From Fervidobacterium sp. (GTDB lineage Bacteria > Thermotogota > Thermotogae > Thermotogales > Fervidobacteriaceae): a DNA stretch of 64,000 bases. Within the stretch, counting starts at the first letter, position 1. Every line of letters begins with the position of its first letter. Below the pieces are notes generated by a model. The model did not search any database and was not told the DNA's origin. It worked only from the letters and a program-made list of their open reading frames with translations. Both the position numbers and the translations under genes were made by a program. The DNA lies in contig DAOROH010000003.1 in the NCBI GenBank assembly GCA_035520515.1, positions 2,754 through 66,753 on the forward strand, written 5' to 3'. This document shows, piece after piece, positions 18,183 to 28,338 of this stretch.

Positions 18183-19367
18183 TTAGACTATTGTGCGGAA
18201 GAGATCATCAATAGTCTCTCGACGCCTTATTAGTGTAATTTTGCTGCCATTCTCACTTACTAAAACCTCGGCAGGTCTCGGATATGAATTGTAGTTGCTT
18301 GACATAGAATACCCATATGCCCCAACGTTTTCAAAAACAACATGACTTCCGACTTTGGGAATTTGAATCTCTCTATCTCTCGCCAATAAATCTCCTGACT
18401 CACACAAAGGTCCAACTACATCAGCTTTGGCAATTCCTTCAGTTGGGGTTAGTACTATCATATTGTGATATGCATCATACATTGCAGGCCTTATCAAAGT
18501 ATTCATACCGGCATCGACAACTACAAAAGTTTTATGCGAGGTTCTTTTTACGTATTGAACAGTTGCTACAAGTAATCCTGCAGGTGCTATTAGATATCTA
18601 CCAAGTTCAAATAGAACCAATTCAAAACCCTCTAAGTGGGGGATGATCTTCCTCTTGTATTCCTCAAGGTTCAATTCCTTATCTTCGTATTTTATTCCCC
18701 ATCCTCCGCCAATATTTATTTTCGAAAATCCGTATCTACGAGATAGGTTAGCTACCGAAGACAAGGCCTCATCAAATGGTTCAACGTCGACTATTTGGGA
18801 ACCTATGTGGACATGAAAACCAGAGATTTTCGGACCGTTTTTGTCGTTGAGTATCTTATCTATCTCCTCCACTGGTATACCAAATTTGTTTTTCTTAAGA
18901 CCTGTTGATATGTGATGATGCGTCATTGGGTCAACATCTGGGTTAACTCGCAAGAAAAATGTTGCGTCAGTTTCATATTCTTTCCATCTTTCATATTCTT
19001 CGACGGAATCTATGTTTACGTATCCAACACAGTTACTTAGAACCTCTATTTCATGTCTCGACTTTCCATTTCCATTCCACACTATCTTTTGATCATCGAC
19101 ACCCGCCTTTTTCGAGACATAATATTCGCCAATTGAGACAATATCAGTCCCAAATCCATTTCGAGAGAAGTGCTCCACGATGTGCGGATTGTTGTTGGAC
19201 TTGCAGGCAAAGGTCGGTAGGATATTGATACCTTCGAAGATGGATTTAACCTTTTCTATCCTTTCATTTATTTCGTCAGCAAAATAGACATATACAGGTG
19301 TACCATAAGTTTGCGCAATTTCTTGTATAATCTGCTTTCTGTCGTTGTTGAGAATTAGACTAGACAT
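18183..19367 (-). CDS. lysA: Diaminopimelate decarboxylase
   Basis: GTPVYVY, FACKSN (PLP lysine), KFGI, HVHIGSQI, NIGGG, IRPAMY, VGPLCESGD and GAYGYSMSSNYN. Start ATG 19367 overlaps the upstream stop. Confidence 0.95.
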   Translation of the reverse strand: MSSLILNNDRKQIIQEIAQTYGTPVYVYFADEINERIEKVKSIFEGINILPTFACKSNNNPHIVEHFSRNGFGTDIVSIGEYYVSKKAGVDDQKIVWNGNGKSRHEIEVLSNCVGYVNIDSVEEYERWKEYETDATFFLRVNPDVDPMTHHHISTGLKKNKFGIPVEEIDKILNDKNGPKISGFHVHIGSQIVDVEPFDEALSSVANLSRRYGFSKINIGGGWGIKYEDKELNLEEYKRKIIPHLEGFELVLFELGRYLIAPAGLLVATVQYVKRTSHKTFVVVDAGMNTLIRPAMYDAYHNMIVLTPTEGIAKADVVGPLCESGDLLARDREIQIPKVGSHVVFENVGAYGYSMSSNYNSYPRPAEVLVSENGSKITLIRRRETIDDLFRTIV

Positions 19368-20070
19368 CGAATACGTTCCCCCTTTCAACAATCTTACCAG
19401 AAGATACTTTGAAGATTTCACCATTTTGCATGGGTCTATACTCGCTTGAAGGTATCTTCGAATAATCATTTACTGGCCTTTCGGAAAAGACAAAGAAACG
19501 CTCGTCGTCACAGCCATAGAAGAGTGTAAAATAGTCTTTTCGATCTTGGCCAGGCGTGTAATAACAACCAACGTACAATTCATCGGTTAAGTCGTCTATC
19601 ATCAGAAAATTCATTCCAGAAAACTCATTCTCTTCTCCATATTCTCTTACTAACTTTACGATGTGACCAAAGTTGTCAAAAGATGCCACATGTTTAAAAA
19701 AGTCGTACGTGTCACTGTCGTACGGATTCTGCCGATTTGCCGTTATAATAGTTCCATTGTGGGCGAAATATTTTCCATCTTTGTAGAATGGATGAAGTTG
19801 CAGCCTTGTTTTGTCGAGTCCATCAGATGCCAACCTTGCATGCACAATTCCCATTTCAAACTTTTCGTCATTTAAGTTCGGTGATTTGTTATCATCGTAT
19901 GCGGGTGAAATAGATTTGTATTCAACCTTCTTGTTCGTATTGAGAAGGACATATCCCCAACCATCACAGTGTGGTCCCTTTTTCCCAAAACGCGCCATCT
20001 GCTTTACGTATTCTATAACCCAAGAGATATCCTCAACCTTTTTTAAAGAAAACGCTGCCATTCTACACAT
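19360..20070 (-). CDS. Class II glutamine amidotransferase (Ntn hydrolase, EgtC/YafJ-like)
   Basis: Met-Cys-Arg N-terminus (Cys nucleophile) if started at 20070. HCDGWG, HARLAS, HPF, AHNG and SDT motifs. Confidence 0.88.
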   Translation of the reverse strand: MCRMAAFSLKKVEDISWVIEYVKQMARFGKKGPHCDGWGYVLLNTNKKVEYKSISPAYDDNKSPNLNDEKFEMGIVHARLASDGLDKTRLQLHPFYKDGKYFAHNGTIITANRQNPYDSDTYDFFKHVASFDNFGHIVKLVREYGEENEFSGMNFLMIDDLTDELYVGCYYTPGQDRKDYFTLFYGCDDERFFVFSERPVNDYSKIPSSEYRPMQNGEIFKVSSGKIVERGNVFDV

Positions 20071-20219
20071 TTGTATCATCTCCTATCAAATCATTCAATT
20101 TACCATATCATTGTATCCGTGGCACTTTGTCATAGTTTTCATGATATAATATTCAATAGCTGTGGAATACATAGTGTCTCTTCTATCGTTAACATTCCAC
20201 TTAGAGGACGTGACATTAC

Positions 20220-21808
20220 ATGATGGGTTATATAAAATACTACATCAAATCATTCTGTTTTGCAATCTTGATATTTCTGTTGATATTTGGGTTGTTCAAG
20301 TATTCCATGACTCCAAACGGATACAAGATACAGTCTTGGACAGTTGTTAGCGATCTGGAAAATGCTATCGGGAGAAACAATCTTGGTTCGGAGTTCTACA
20401 AAGTAACTAAAAAACCAGCAACAATAATTATATCATCTAGTGTGGATGCAGGGCACTTACTTTCTCTAAAAGAAGGTTCCACAAAGTATCTTTATATTCC
20501 ACAAATAGATAACTCTTACTTTGCAGTTTACATCGATGGAAAACAAATAGGTACCTTAGGATTTAAAGACAAAAGGACTGGTCATTTTTGGTATCAGCCG
20601 GTTATTTTTGAGCTTCCTGAGAGTTTTAGTAACATTACATTAGAAATCAGTGGTATTTATGAAATTGGGATAGATTTTGGTGCGTACATCATCGATAGTT
20701 CTCAGTTGCCCAAATACAACGTTCTCCTTTTCTTGACAAATTCGTTACTCCACATCACCATAGGGTTGGCACTGACAATTTCCATAATTTTATATGCGAT
20801 TTCAAAAAATCTGATACCAGAAAAAAGAGAGCATACCTATATCTTGGATTAGGCAGTTTTCTTGGCAGCATCTGGATGTTCGATTTAGTTGGATTCCCAA
20901 GTTTGGGTTCTCAAACCACCTTCCTTTTATTCAGGAAGATATTTCTTAGTTCTGCGTATTTTGGCTTATCGGCATTCATCACAGGATTTTCAAATATATA
21001 TTTCGAAAGGAAAACCAACTCGGACAAGATTTTCGCATTGTTAACCTTTATTACGGGGCTTTCTCTTACAATTCCTACGACTTCCTACGTATTCAAGACT
21101 TTCACAAACGTTGCTTCTCTGATTCTGTCACTTACCGCCATTTATATCCTTTTGAGGTCATTTAAGATTTACTCAAATATACTGTTTGGTTTCATAACAT
21201 TCTTTGCAACATGTGTGGTTTACGATGCAGTTGTCGTGATGTTTTCGTTCAATCTGAAACTAATGTCTAATTATGGTATTGCTGCGATTTTTGCGGGGCT
21301 TGCTTACTCTGTAGTGTTTGAGTACAAAGAGATGTTTGTGAAAGTTACTTTAACACACATGAAGGGTATTACTGACGAGCTGACAGGTGCATACAACAGA
21401 GGAGTACTTCCCGAAATAACAACTAGCAAGAACGATACTTTTGTATACATCGACTTGGACAACTTGAAAGGCATAAACGACATCTACGGACATGACGTTG
21501 GAGATGAAGTCCTGAAGTTACTTGTTGAGAACATAAAGAGTCATTTGAGAAGCACTGATTTGATTATTCGAATGGGAGGAGACGAGTTCCTCGTTATCTT
21601 GAAGGATTGCACAAAGGATAAGGCAAACGAAATCTTCGAAAGACTTTGCTTGACATTTATGACTAATCATCCACTTCACCCAACCTTTTCATATGGCATA
21701 TTGACGTTTGAAAAGTCATTTTCTGAAACACTGAAAACTGTCGACATGTTGATGTACAAAATGAAAGAATCAAAGAAAATAGAAAACTTGAACGATACTG
21801 AAGAGTGA
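20220..21808 (+). pseudogene. Membrane-bound diguanylate cyclase (extracellular domain, multi-TM, GGDEF) split by a frameshift at ~20821-20830
   Basis: ORFs 20220..20852 and 20876..21808 become one protein (..PEKKRAYLYLGLGSFLGSIWMFD..) if one A is added to the A6 run at 20821-20826. The C-terminal part has TDELTGAYNR, DLDNLKGINDIYGHDVGD, an RxxD I-site and GGDEF. Confidence 0.75.
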
Positions 21809-21907
21809 AAATGCATATGAAAAATAGTAAAAATGTGCTATAATCTGAATTTGTAAGCAATCAGAAGAATTAGAACCCAAAGAAGACGCGAGAGGAGGAA
21901 TGAGTGC

Positions 21908-23722
21908 ATGAAGAGTTTTGTTATGAACATATGGCTAACGACATGGAAGAAATTGTACGGGGACAAAGTTGTAGACTCTTTGGTCTCCGAGTTTAACATC
22001 GAGACAAGTAAGTTGATAATTCCAACGAACGATGTCCCAGATGATTTAGTCGTAAGGGTCAGTAAATCATTGGCACAAAAGGTTGGAAAAACTTACGAAG
22101 AACTTTGGGAGGAGACAGGTTATCAAAACATTTGGTCTTTCCACTCTTTCTATCCAAGCTATTTTAGAAAAGAAGGAGTCTTGTCGTTTTTGAGCGCCAT
22201 GGACATGGTCCACAGGTCCCTTACAAGACGTATAAAAGGTGCAAAACCACCGAGAATCATATACAATTACGTTGATGAAAAGACGGCAGTTGTACGTTAT
22301 GAATCGAACAGAGATTTTAGAAGTTACTTTTTGGGACTACTCAGAGGTTCAGCCGACTTTTTCAAAGATCCAATGAAGGTTGAAATACTAAACCAAGGTA
22401 CGACTGGTAGCGGTTCTTTCCTTGAAGTAAGAATCGTTGCAACAAAACCTTATGGGAAAAAGGTCACTCTAAGCCTTTTCAAAACACTTTCCCTTGGATT
22501 AGTTAGGAAAATCATGACAACATATACTGTTATCTTTCCCGTTATTGTATTTGTTCTGTCGCTTGTTTTTACAAGCTTCTTAAGTCCTATGTTTAGCTCA
22601 CTGCTTATTGCTGCGGTTACCTTTGTGGGAATGTTTTTAGGCTTATCAGACTTCAAGAAAGGCCTTAATGCAACGAAAGAAATATCCTCCATCTACAAGA
22701 CTAAGGATTTCAACAATCTTGTGATAATATCAGGTGAGAAAGACTTTGAGGAAATTTCGGAGGGAAATGCTGAAGCGACAATGTCACTTAGAGAATTTTT
22801 GATAGGACTTCAGGGCGATACTGAGGAACTAATGAATTTTTCCAACAAGACCTTGGAATCTGCAAATACAGTGCAAGAGCAGATAGATACAATGAAAGAA
22901 TTATCAACACAAATTGCAGATACGGCTGTTCAAATTAGCAACGATGCCGAAAGAATTTCTGAAGCGGTCTCTTCAAATGTTGACACAATTTCAAGAACGA
23001 TAAACGAACAAAATCAGATTATTCAGAATTTGAACAGCGCTGTAGACAAGATCAGAAATGCCGCAAAAAGCGTAGAAAACTCAGCAAATGGTATGAGAGT
23101 AATGAGTAATGATTTTGAGGCCATAGCAAAAGAGAGTCAAGAGTTGAGGAGCCAGGCAAGTGCGATACAAGATATTGCAAATACGGTCATGAGTATTGCA
23201 GAACAGACAAATCTACTTGCTTTGAATGCTGCAATAGAAGCTGCCCGTAGTGGAGAAGCTGGAAGAGGATTTGCAGTAGTTGCCGATGAGATAAGAAAGC
23301 TCGCGGAGGAAAGTAAAGAGTCGGCAAACAAGATATCGCAATTTCTCTCGAGCGTCTCGAATGGTATTGCAGAATTGAGCAAAGGGGTCTTAAAAGGTTA
23401 CGAAGAGCTAAAGAAACAGTCAGTTGAGCTATCAAGCAGTGCAGATGATAGTAAAGAGTCAAGTGAGATTATATCGCAAATTACAGGGCAGCTCAACACA
23501 CTCATCGATAATCTGAACAACGAAACGGAGAAACTTGAGAATATAACTACAAGTATACAGAATCTACTTGCAATATCTGAAGAAAGCTCGGCTACTGCTG
23601 AGGAAATAAGTGCTTCAATTCAGAGGTTCTTAGATGAGCTTAACACAGTCTTTGGAAACGTGCGTCAGACGATAAATCTGCTAAACGTAATCCAAGAGAA
23701 TTTCAAAGACGTGAAAATATAA
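21908..23722 (+). CDS. H-NOX (heme-NO/O2-binding) methyl-accepting chemotaxis protein
   Basis: N-terminal H-NOX domain with H102, P115 and YxSxR (131-135). Two TM segments. MCP tip motif [38 protein letters not shown]. Confidence 0.93.
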   Translation: MKSFVMNIWLTTWKKLYGDKVVDSLVSEFNIETSKLIIPTNDVPDDLVVRVSKSLAQKVGKTYEELWEETGYQNIWSFHSFYPSYFRKEGVLSFLSAMDMVHRSLTRRIKGAKPPRIIYNYVDEKTAVVRYESNRDFRSYFLGLLRGSADFFKDPMKVEILNQGTTGSGSFLEVRIVATKPYGKKVTLSLFKTLSLGLVRKIMTTYTVIFPVIVFVLSLVFTSFLSPMFSSLLIAAVTFVGMFLGLSDFKKGLNATKEISSIYKTKDFNNLVIISGEKDFEEISEGNAEATMSLREFLIGLQGDTEELMNFSNKTLESANTVQEQIDTMKELSTQIADTAVQISNDAERISEAVSSNVDTISRTINEQNQIIQNLNSAVDKIRNAAKSVENSANGMRVMSNDFEAIAKESQELRSQASAIQDIANTVMSIAEQTNLLALNAAIEAARSGEAGRGFAVVADEIRKLAEESKESANKISQFLSSVSNGIAELSKGVLKGYEELKKQSVELSSSADDSKESSEIISQITGQLNTLIDNLNNETEKLENITTSIQNLLAISEESSATAEEISASIQRFLDELNTVFGNVRQTINLLNVIQENFKDVKI

Positions 23723-23800
23723 TACTTGAAAAGTATTGAAAAAAGTGATATCATATAACTTGATTTAATTAGCTGAAAATTTTTTAGAGAGGTGAGTGGG

Positions 23801-24013
23801 TTGAAGAAGGGTATTCACCCGGAAATGAAACTTTTAACGGTTAGATGCGCATGTGGCACTGAACACAAGATCTGGACAACAAAGGAACAACTCAAAGTTG
23901 ATGTCTGTTCGAATTGTCATCCACTTTACAAAGGAAGTGGAGGTGCTGGGCTGATAGTTGACACCGAAGGACGCGTTCAGAAGTTTAAGAAAAAGTACGA
24001 AGGAAAGTATTGA
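23801..24013 (+). CDS. rpmE: 50S ribosomal protein L31 (zinc-binding type)
   Basis: [20 protein letters not shown] and [10 protein letters not shown] motifs. Confidence 0.96.
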   Translation: MKKGIHPEMKLLTVRCACGTEHKIWTTKEQLKVDVCSNCHPLYKGSGGAGLIVDTEGRVQKFKKKYEGKY

Positions 24014-24058
24014 TAAATTGGTATCGCCCAATCTAATTTCTCAGGAGGGTTCTATTTT

Positions 24059-24418
24059 ATGGAAGTTGGTCAAGTAGTGAAGGGCAAAGTAGTTGAAGTG
24101 CTAAAGTTTGGTGCAAATATCGAGTTGGAAAATGGTGAAAAGGGTTTTGTTCACATTTCAAAGATTTCGAATCAATATGTTCAAAAAGTTGATGATTTCC
24201 TCAAAGTTGGTCAAGACGTTGAGGCAAAGATAATAGGTAAAGGTAAGGATGGTAAGTGGGAACTTTCCTTGAAAGAGGAAATGAAAGGAAACGACACTGA
24301 AGTAAAGAAAGAGGATTTCGAAAAGAAACTTGCGAAGTTCCTTAAAGATAGCCAAAGAACGTATTCGGAATACAAGAGAAGACTGGACAAAAAGCAAGGT
24401 ATAACCAAGAGACGATAG
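24059..24418 (+). CDS. S1 RNA-binding domain protein (YabR/GSP13-like)
   Basis: VGQVVKGKV..FGA..GFVHISKIS single S1 domain with FEKKLAKFLKDS tail. Confidence 0.9.
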   Translation: MEVGQVVKGKVVEVLKFGANIELENGEKGFVHISKISNQYVQKVDDFLKVGQDVEAKIIGKGKDGKWELSLKEEMKGNDTEVKKEDFEKKLAKFLKDSQRTYSEYKRRLDKKQGITKRR

Positions 24419-24446
24419 TTTTATTTTAAAACTTACACAATAAAAC

Positions 24447-24480
24447 TAAGGGGTGTGTGAAACACCCCTTAATTTTTCTT
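24447..24480. terminator. Intrinsic terminator
   Basis: TAAGGGGTGT/ACACCCCTTA stem with a T-rich tail, between convergent genes. Confidence 0.75.
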
Positions 24481-24518
24481 TTTCATGATATCTATACTCT
24501 TATGTTATTGATATTTTG

Positions 24519-25703
24519 TTATGCCTTCTTAGTTAAATAAGTAATTCTGATGAGTATAATAAATGCACAGAGCTCTGAAATGACAGACACGGTCATTAGA
24601 GCGACAAGATTGATGGAATAAAGTAAACCGATCAATGCACTACCAGCAAACCAAGCAATGCCGAATATAGCATTGAAAAATCCGTATGCAGTTGCCCTTA
24701 CCTTTTTGTCTACCAACTTTCCTATTGCAGCTTTAAGTATCGATTCTTGTGCCCCCATACCAATACCCCAAAGTACGGCACCAAGTATTATGGCAGATGT
24801 GCTATTTCCGAACGCAAAAATCGAATAGAATGATGCAACAAATGTCGATAAAGATAGAGCCAAGAATCCTTTCTTATCAAATAATCTGCCAAAAATCAGT
24901 GCAGATACAGCATCAACAATCATAGCAATCATGTACGCAATTGGTATTAGCACAGGAGTTAGTAGTGCATTTTTCTGTGCATGAAAACTTATCAATGCGA
25001 AATCTGCAAACCCAAAGGCTATAAGTGCTATTGCGGCAATGTAGAGATAAAATAACCTATCGAACTTTACTGCACCAGTACTTTCCTTCTTTTCATCGAA
25101 ATGTTCTGGATTTGGTACCAATACACGAGTTATGATTAAAAGGCCGAGCGTAATTATAGCTGGAAATATTAGTAATGCAAATGATTTTCTGTATGCAGTT
25201 ACATCGCCAACCGATATATTGTTGGCAACGGATATGCTCATGAAAAGTGGTCCTATGGTAGCGCCCAGTTGGTCCAAAAGTTCTTCCAAAGCAAATGTTG
25301 TACCATATCCGAGTTGAGCCCCAGCAAACGATGTAAGCGTATCCTTTGCAGGTTTCCTAATAGACTTACCAATGCGCTCCAATATAATTAGCAGTGCTGC
25401 AGCTTGCCAGTTATTTGTCAGAGCGAGTGACGGAATCACCAAAAGATTGACCGTATAGCCAATTATAGCAAACAACCAATATCTTTTCGTCTTATCGACT
25501 AATCGACCAAAGAAATATCTGAGCGTATAGCCAATTAACTCTCCCAAACCTGCAACTGTACTAACTACAAGTGCTGATGCACCGAGCAAACCCAAATACG
25601 GGCCCGTTAAACTCCTGGCACCTTCGTATGTTAAGTCACTGAAAAGACTGATGATTCCCATTATTATGACAAAATAAAATGCCCGCCTTTTCAGATCGGC
25701 CAT
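24519..25703 (-). CDS. MFS transporter
   Basis: About 12 TM segments. SLFSDLTYEGARS, GRLVDK, ERIGKSIRKPAKD and RATAYG motifs. Confidence 0.88.
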   Translation of the reverse strand: MADLKRRAFYFVIIMGIISLFSDLTYEGARSLTGPYLGLLGASALVVSTVAGLGELIGYTLRYFFGRLVDKTKRYWLFAIIGYTVNLLVIPSLALTNNWQAAALLIILERIGKSIRKPAKDTLTSFAGAQLGYGTTFALEELLDQLGATIGPLFMSISVANNISVGDVTAYRKSFALLIFPAIITLGLLIITRVLVPNPEHFDEKKESTGAVKFDRLFYLYIAAIALIAFGFADFALISFHAQKNALLTPVLIPIAYMIAMIVDAVSALIFGRLFDKKGFLALSLSTFVASFYSIFAFGNSTSAIILGAVLWGIGMGAQESILKAAIGKLVDKKVRATAYGFFNAIFGIAWFAGSALIGLLYSINLVALMTVSVISELCAFIILIRITYLTKKA

Positions 25704-25755
25704 TGTATCACCTCATTTTAGGAATAGTATATATAAGTGCTTGTTCGTATCATCG

Positions 25756-26328
25756 TCAATGTTCTGTTTTTTCTTTTAGGATGACTTTCATGAGGAATTC
25801 TTCGATATTTTTCAATACACTCTTCTTTTGTATGGAATCAACTGTGGATATCATCTCTGTAGCGGCAGATGGTTCTATGTCATTGAGTACGTCTTCTTGC
25901 TTACCTTTCTCAAAAACGTTTTCGATTCTTTTCATCAATCCAACGTACTTTGATTTCGCATTGTCAAGCTGACTATCTCTACCTAGAACATTCATTCTCT
26001 CTCTTGCTATGAGCTTACTTATCTCGGATTTATTCATAACGAACTCAATGTACTTCTTTATAAGCTTTTTGATACTCCTTGCTATATTGCTTTCTCCTTC
26101 TACTTCAGAAAAAATATCATTCTCCAATTCATCTATCACATTTATCCATATTTCTTCAAAGAGGACTTCCTTGCTTGGAAAATAATAGTAAATAAGGGAC
26201 TTGCGCACGCCTGAGGCCTGCGCAATGTCCTCCATACTAACGCCATCAAATCCCTTTTCTGAGAAAAGCTTTCGTGCTGCATTTATTATCTTTGTTTTTG
26301 TTTCGTTCTCTTTTATTTCTTTACTCAA
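25756..26328 (-). CDS. TetR/AcrR family transcriptional regulator
   Basis: IINAARKLFSEKGFDGVSMEDIAQASGVRKSLIYYYFPSKE HTH. GGAGG SD before TTG at 26328. Confidence 0.92.
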   Translation of the reverse strand: MSKEIKENETKTKIINAARKLFSEKGFDGVSMEDIAQASGVRKSLIYYYFPSKEVLFEEIWINVIDELENDIFSEVEGESNIARSIKKLIKKYIEFVMNKSEISKLIARERMNVLGRDSQLDNAKSKYVGLMKRIENVFEKGKQEDVLNDIEPSAATEMISTVDSIQKKSVLKNIEEFLMKVILKEKTEH

Positions 26329-26366
26329 ATCAAGCCCCTCCAAAAAGTTTCAACGTTTGGGAAACG

Positions 26367-27815
26367 TCAGACGTTCAACTTTTTGTCAACTTTCAACGCT
26401 TCTTCTTTGTTTGCGTATCTCTTCATCCTTGTTTCGTAGTTGTACAGGCCTCTGTTAACTGGGTATCTTTCAACATATCCGTATTCATACCAAAGTTTAT
26501 CTGCATATTCTTTCCATTCATCGGCTAGTTTATCTAGTTCTGGAGCCAGTTCTGTAATAGTCTTCTCACAACCTTCATGCTGTGGTATAGCGTTGAAATT
26601 CTTAACCATTGCTCTGAACACCTTTGGATTATCTATGATTGGACAAGGCCTGAATAGATTGTTTGAGAAAGGTATTGCCCTCTTGTATGCTTCAAAGAAC
26701 GGCGACTTAAATATCTCTATTAGGCTCTTTTCTCTTATACTGTCGGTTGCAAATTGTTGGAAAACACATGGCTCAACGTAACCTTTTGCGTTGACATGGA
26801 AGTACTTAGCACCCGCAGATAGGCATCCGTGAGTCAAGAACCCGTGATTCCAGAAGTCTGCAACGAATGCAAATCGCCCGCTAAGTCTCATTTCATCAGT
26901 TTTGAAGAACCTTTCATACCTTTGTTGCGGAGTGGGGACCAAATCCATCATTGGATCCTGACCAACAGGCATGAATTGGAAGACCCATGCATATATTACC
27001 CCATTCTCTTCCAAGAAATTCCAAAATTCGTCTTTCATTAAAATTTCGTGGTTAACACGCGTTGCAGTTATACTTGCACCAAATGGTACACCGTATCTTC
27101 TCAGCCTTTCCCACGTATTCAAAACCGACTTAAATACGCCGTGTCCTCTTCTCCAGTCTGTTTCTGCTTCAAAGCCCTCAACCGATATAGAAAGTGTGAC
27201 ATTTCCAAGTTCTGCAAGCTTTTTAGCCTTTTCTTCAGTTATTAGTATACCGTTTGAGTAGACCATGAAATAGTGATTGTTGAACTCTTCGAATATATCC
27301 ATTATGTACGGCCAGTAGAATGGCTCTCCACCAGTGATGATCCAGAAGTATATTCCAAGTTCTTCTCCTTGCTTGAGAACACTTCTAACCTCATCTTTTG
27401 TCAGTTCATACTTTCTTCCATACAATCCAGCATAACATCCGATACAATTGAGGTTACATGCATAAGTTGGACTAATAACACCGAGTTTTGGAAGGACGAC
27501 TTGGTACTCGTGCATCATCTTCTGCCTCATCGGTTCACCAATCGCAAATTCATTTATGATGAGGTTGTTGATTATCTTTTCAACTGCTTTTGGAGATGCC
27601 TTTTGGAATACATCCATCCACTTCTTGATCATTGGATGGCCTTCTTGAGCCATAAGGCCAAGTTTTTTAAGTCCGCTCTTTGCTGGTTCTTTGCTCACCG
27701 CACTTACGGTATACAAGAGCTTTGAGAATGTATCTGTATCTGCCTTCCTGACAACATTTGCCACCAATTTACCTGCTTGGTGGTAAACCATACCCTTCAA
27801 TCCGCCTGTAGCCAT
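26367..27815 (-). CDS. Radical SAM protein with C-terminal SPASM/twitch-like domain
   Basis: CNLNCIGC (CxxxCxxC) and TGGEP. C-terminal GCLSAG..YFHVNAKGYVEPCVF..RPCP. Strong GGAGGAGGAG SD. Confidence 0.9.
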   Translation of the reverse strand: MATGGLKGMVYHQAGKLVANVVRKADTDTFSKLLYTVSAVSKEPAKSGLKKLGLMAQEGHPMIKKWMDVFQKASPKAVEKIINNLIINEFAIGEPMRQKMMHEYQVVLPKLGVISPTYACNLNCIGCYAGLYGRKYELTKDEVRSVLKQGEELGIYFWIITGGEPFYWPYIMDIFEEFNNHYFMVYSNGILITEEKAKKLAELGNVTLSISVEGFEAETDWRRGHGVFKSVLNTWERLRRYGVPFGASITATRVNHEILMKDEFWNFLEENGVIYAWVFQFMPVGQDPMMDLVPTPQQRYERFFKTDEMRLSGRFAFVADFWNHGFLTHGCLSAGAKYFHVNAKGYVEPCVFQQFATDSIREKSLIEIFKSPFFEAYKRAIPFSNNLFRPCPIIDNPKVFRAMVKNFNAIPQHEGCEKTITELAPELDKLADEWKEYADKLWYEYGYVERYPVNRGLYNYETRMKRYANKEEALKVDKKLNV

Positions 27816-27919
27816 AATTCTCCTCCTCCTTTTTCTATTTGCAATAATGTAGATGATAATAGTCGTCTAATAGTGATAAACAAACCTACAAATTGCAGAG
27901 TTACCCCAACTGTTTTTAC

Positions 27920-27933
27920 TGACCGTTCGGTCA
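27920..27933. promoter_or_regulatory. Putative TetR operator
   Basis: Palindrome TGACCG-TT-CGGTCA ~100 bp upstream of the radical SAM-TetR-MFS unit. Confidence 0.6.
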
Positions 27934-28022
27934 AATTTTACACCTATTTTTGAGTATATGTATTTCGTTAAAGTAACAATTATGAAACAAATTATGTGTG
28001 TCTACCACATTTGGAAAGATTA

Positions 28023-28040
28023 TGACTATAATAGTAGTCA
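28023..28040 (+). promoter_or_regulatory. Palindromic operator over the -10 box of the Phd-msmK unit
   Basis: TGACTA-N6-TAGTCA inverted repeat overlapping TATAAT, just upstream of the SD. Confidence 0.6.
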
Positions 28041-28052
28041 AGGGGGCGTTAT

Positions 28053-28334
28053 ATGAAAAGAAAAACGGAGTTTTATTCACTGGCAGACGCGAAGGCAAAA
28101 TTTTCTAAAGTGATTGAGGATTCGATTAGTGAGGATATTGTGATAACCAAAAATGGTAAACCAGTATCTGTTGTTATGAATTATAATACGTACTCTAAGA
28201 TTTTTGAATTCATGGATAAGGTGTGGGATCTTTATCTGTTAGACATTGGCGATCCATCTCTTTTTAAGCAATTAAAACTCGAAGATATTTTTGGAGAAGA
28301 TTCTAACATTACTAGAGATGAAGGGGAGGTATAA
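28053..28334 (+). CDS. Phd/YefM family antitoxin-like protein (no adjacent toxin)
   Basis: YSLADAKAKFSKVIE...IVITKNGKPVSVVM is the Phd/YefM DNA-binding signature. Acidic C-terminus. Confidence 0.85.
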   Translation: MKRKTEFYSLADAKAKFSKVIEDSISEDIVITKNGKPVSVVMNYNTYSKIFEFMDKVWDLYLLDIGDPSLFKQLKLEDIFGEDSNITRDEGEV

Positions 28335-28338
28335 AGAT

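Noticed and set aside
20818-20830. AAAAAAG as a programmed -1 ribosomal frameshift site
   Set aside because: The heptamer is not in the A_AAA_AAG phase of the upstream frame (codons are GAA AAA AGA), and no clear stimulatory structure follows.
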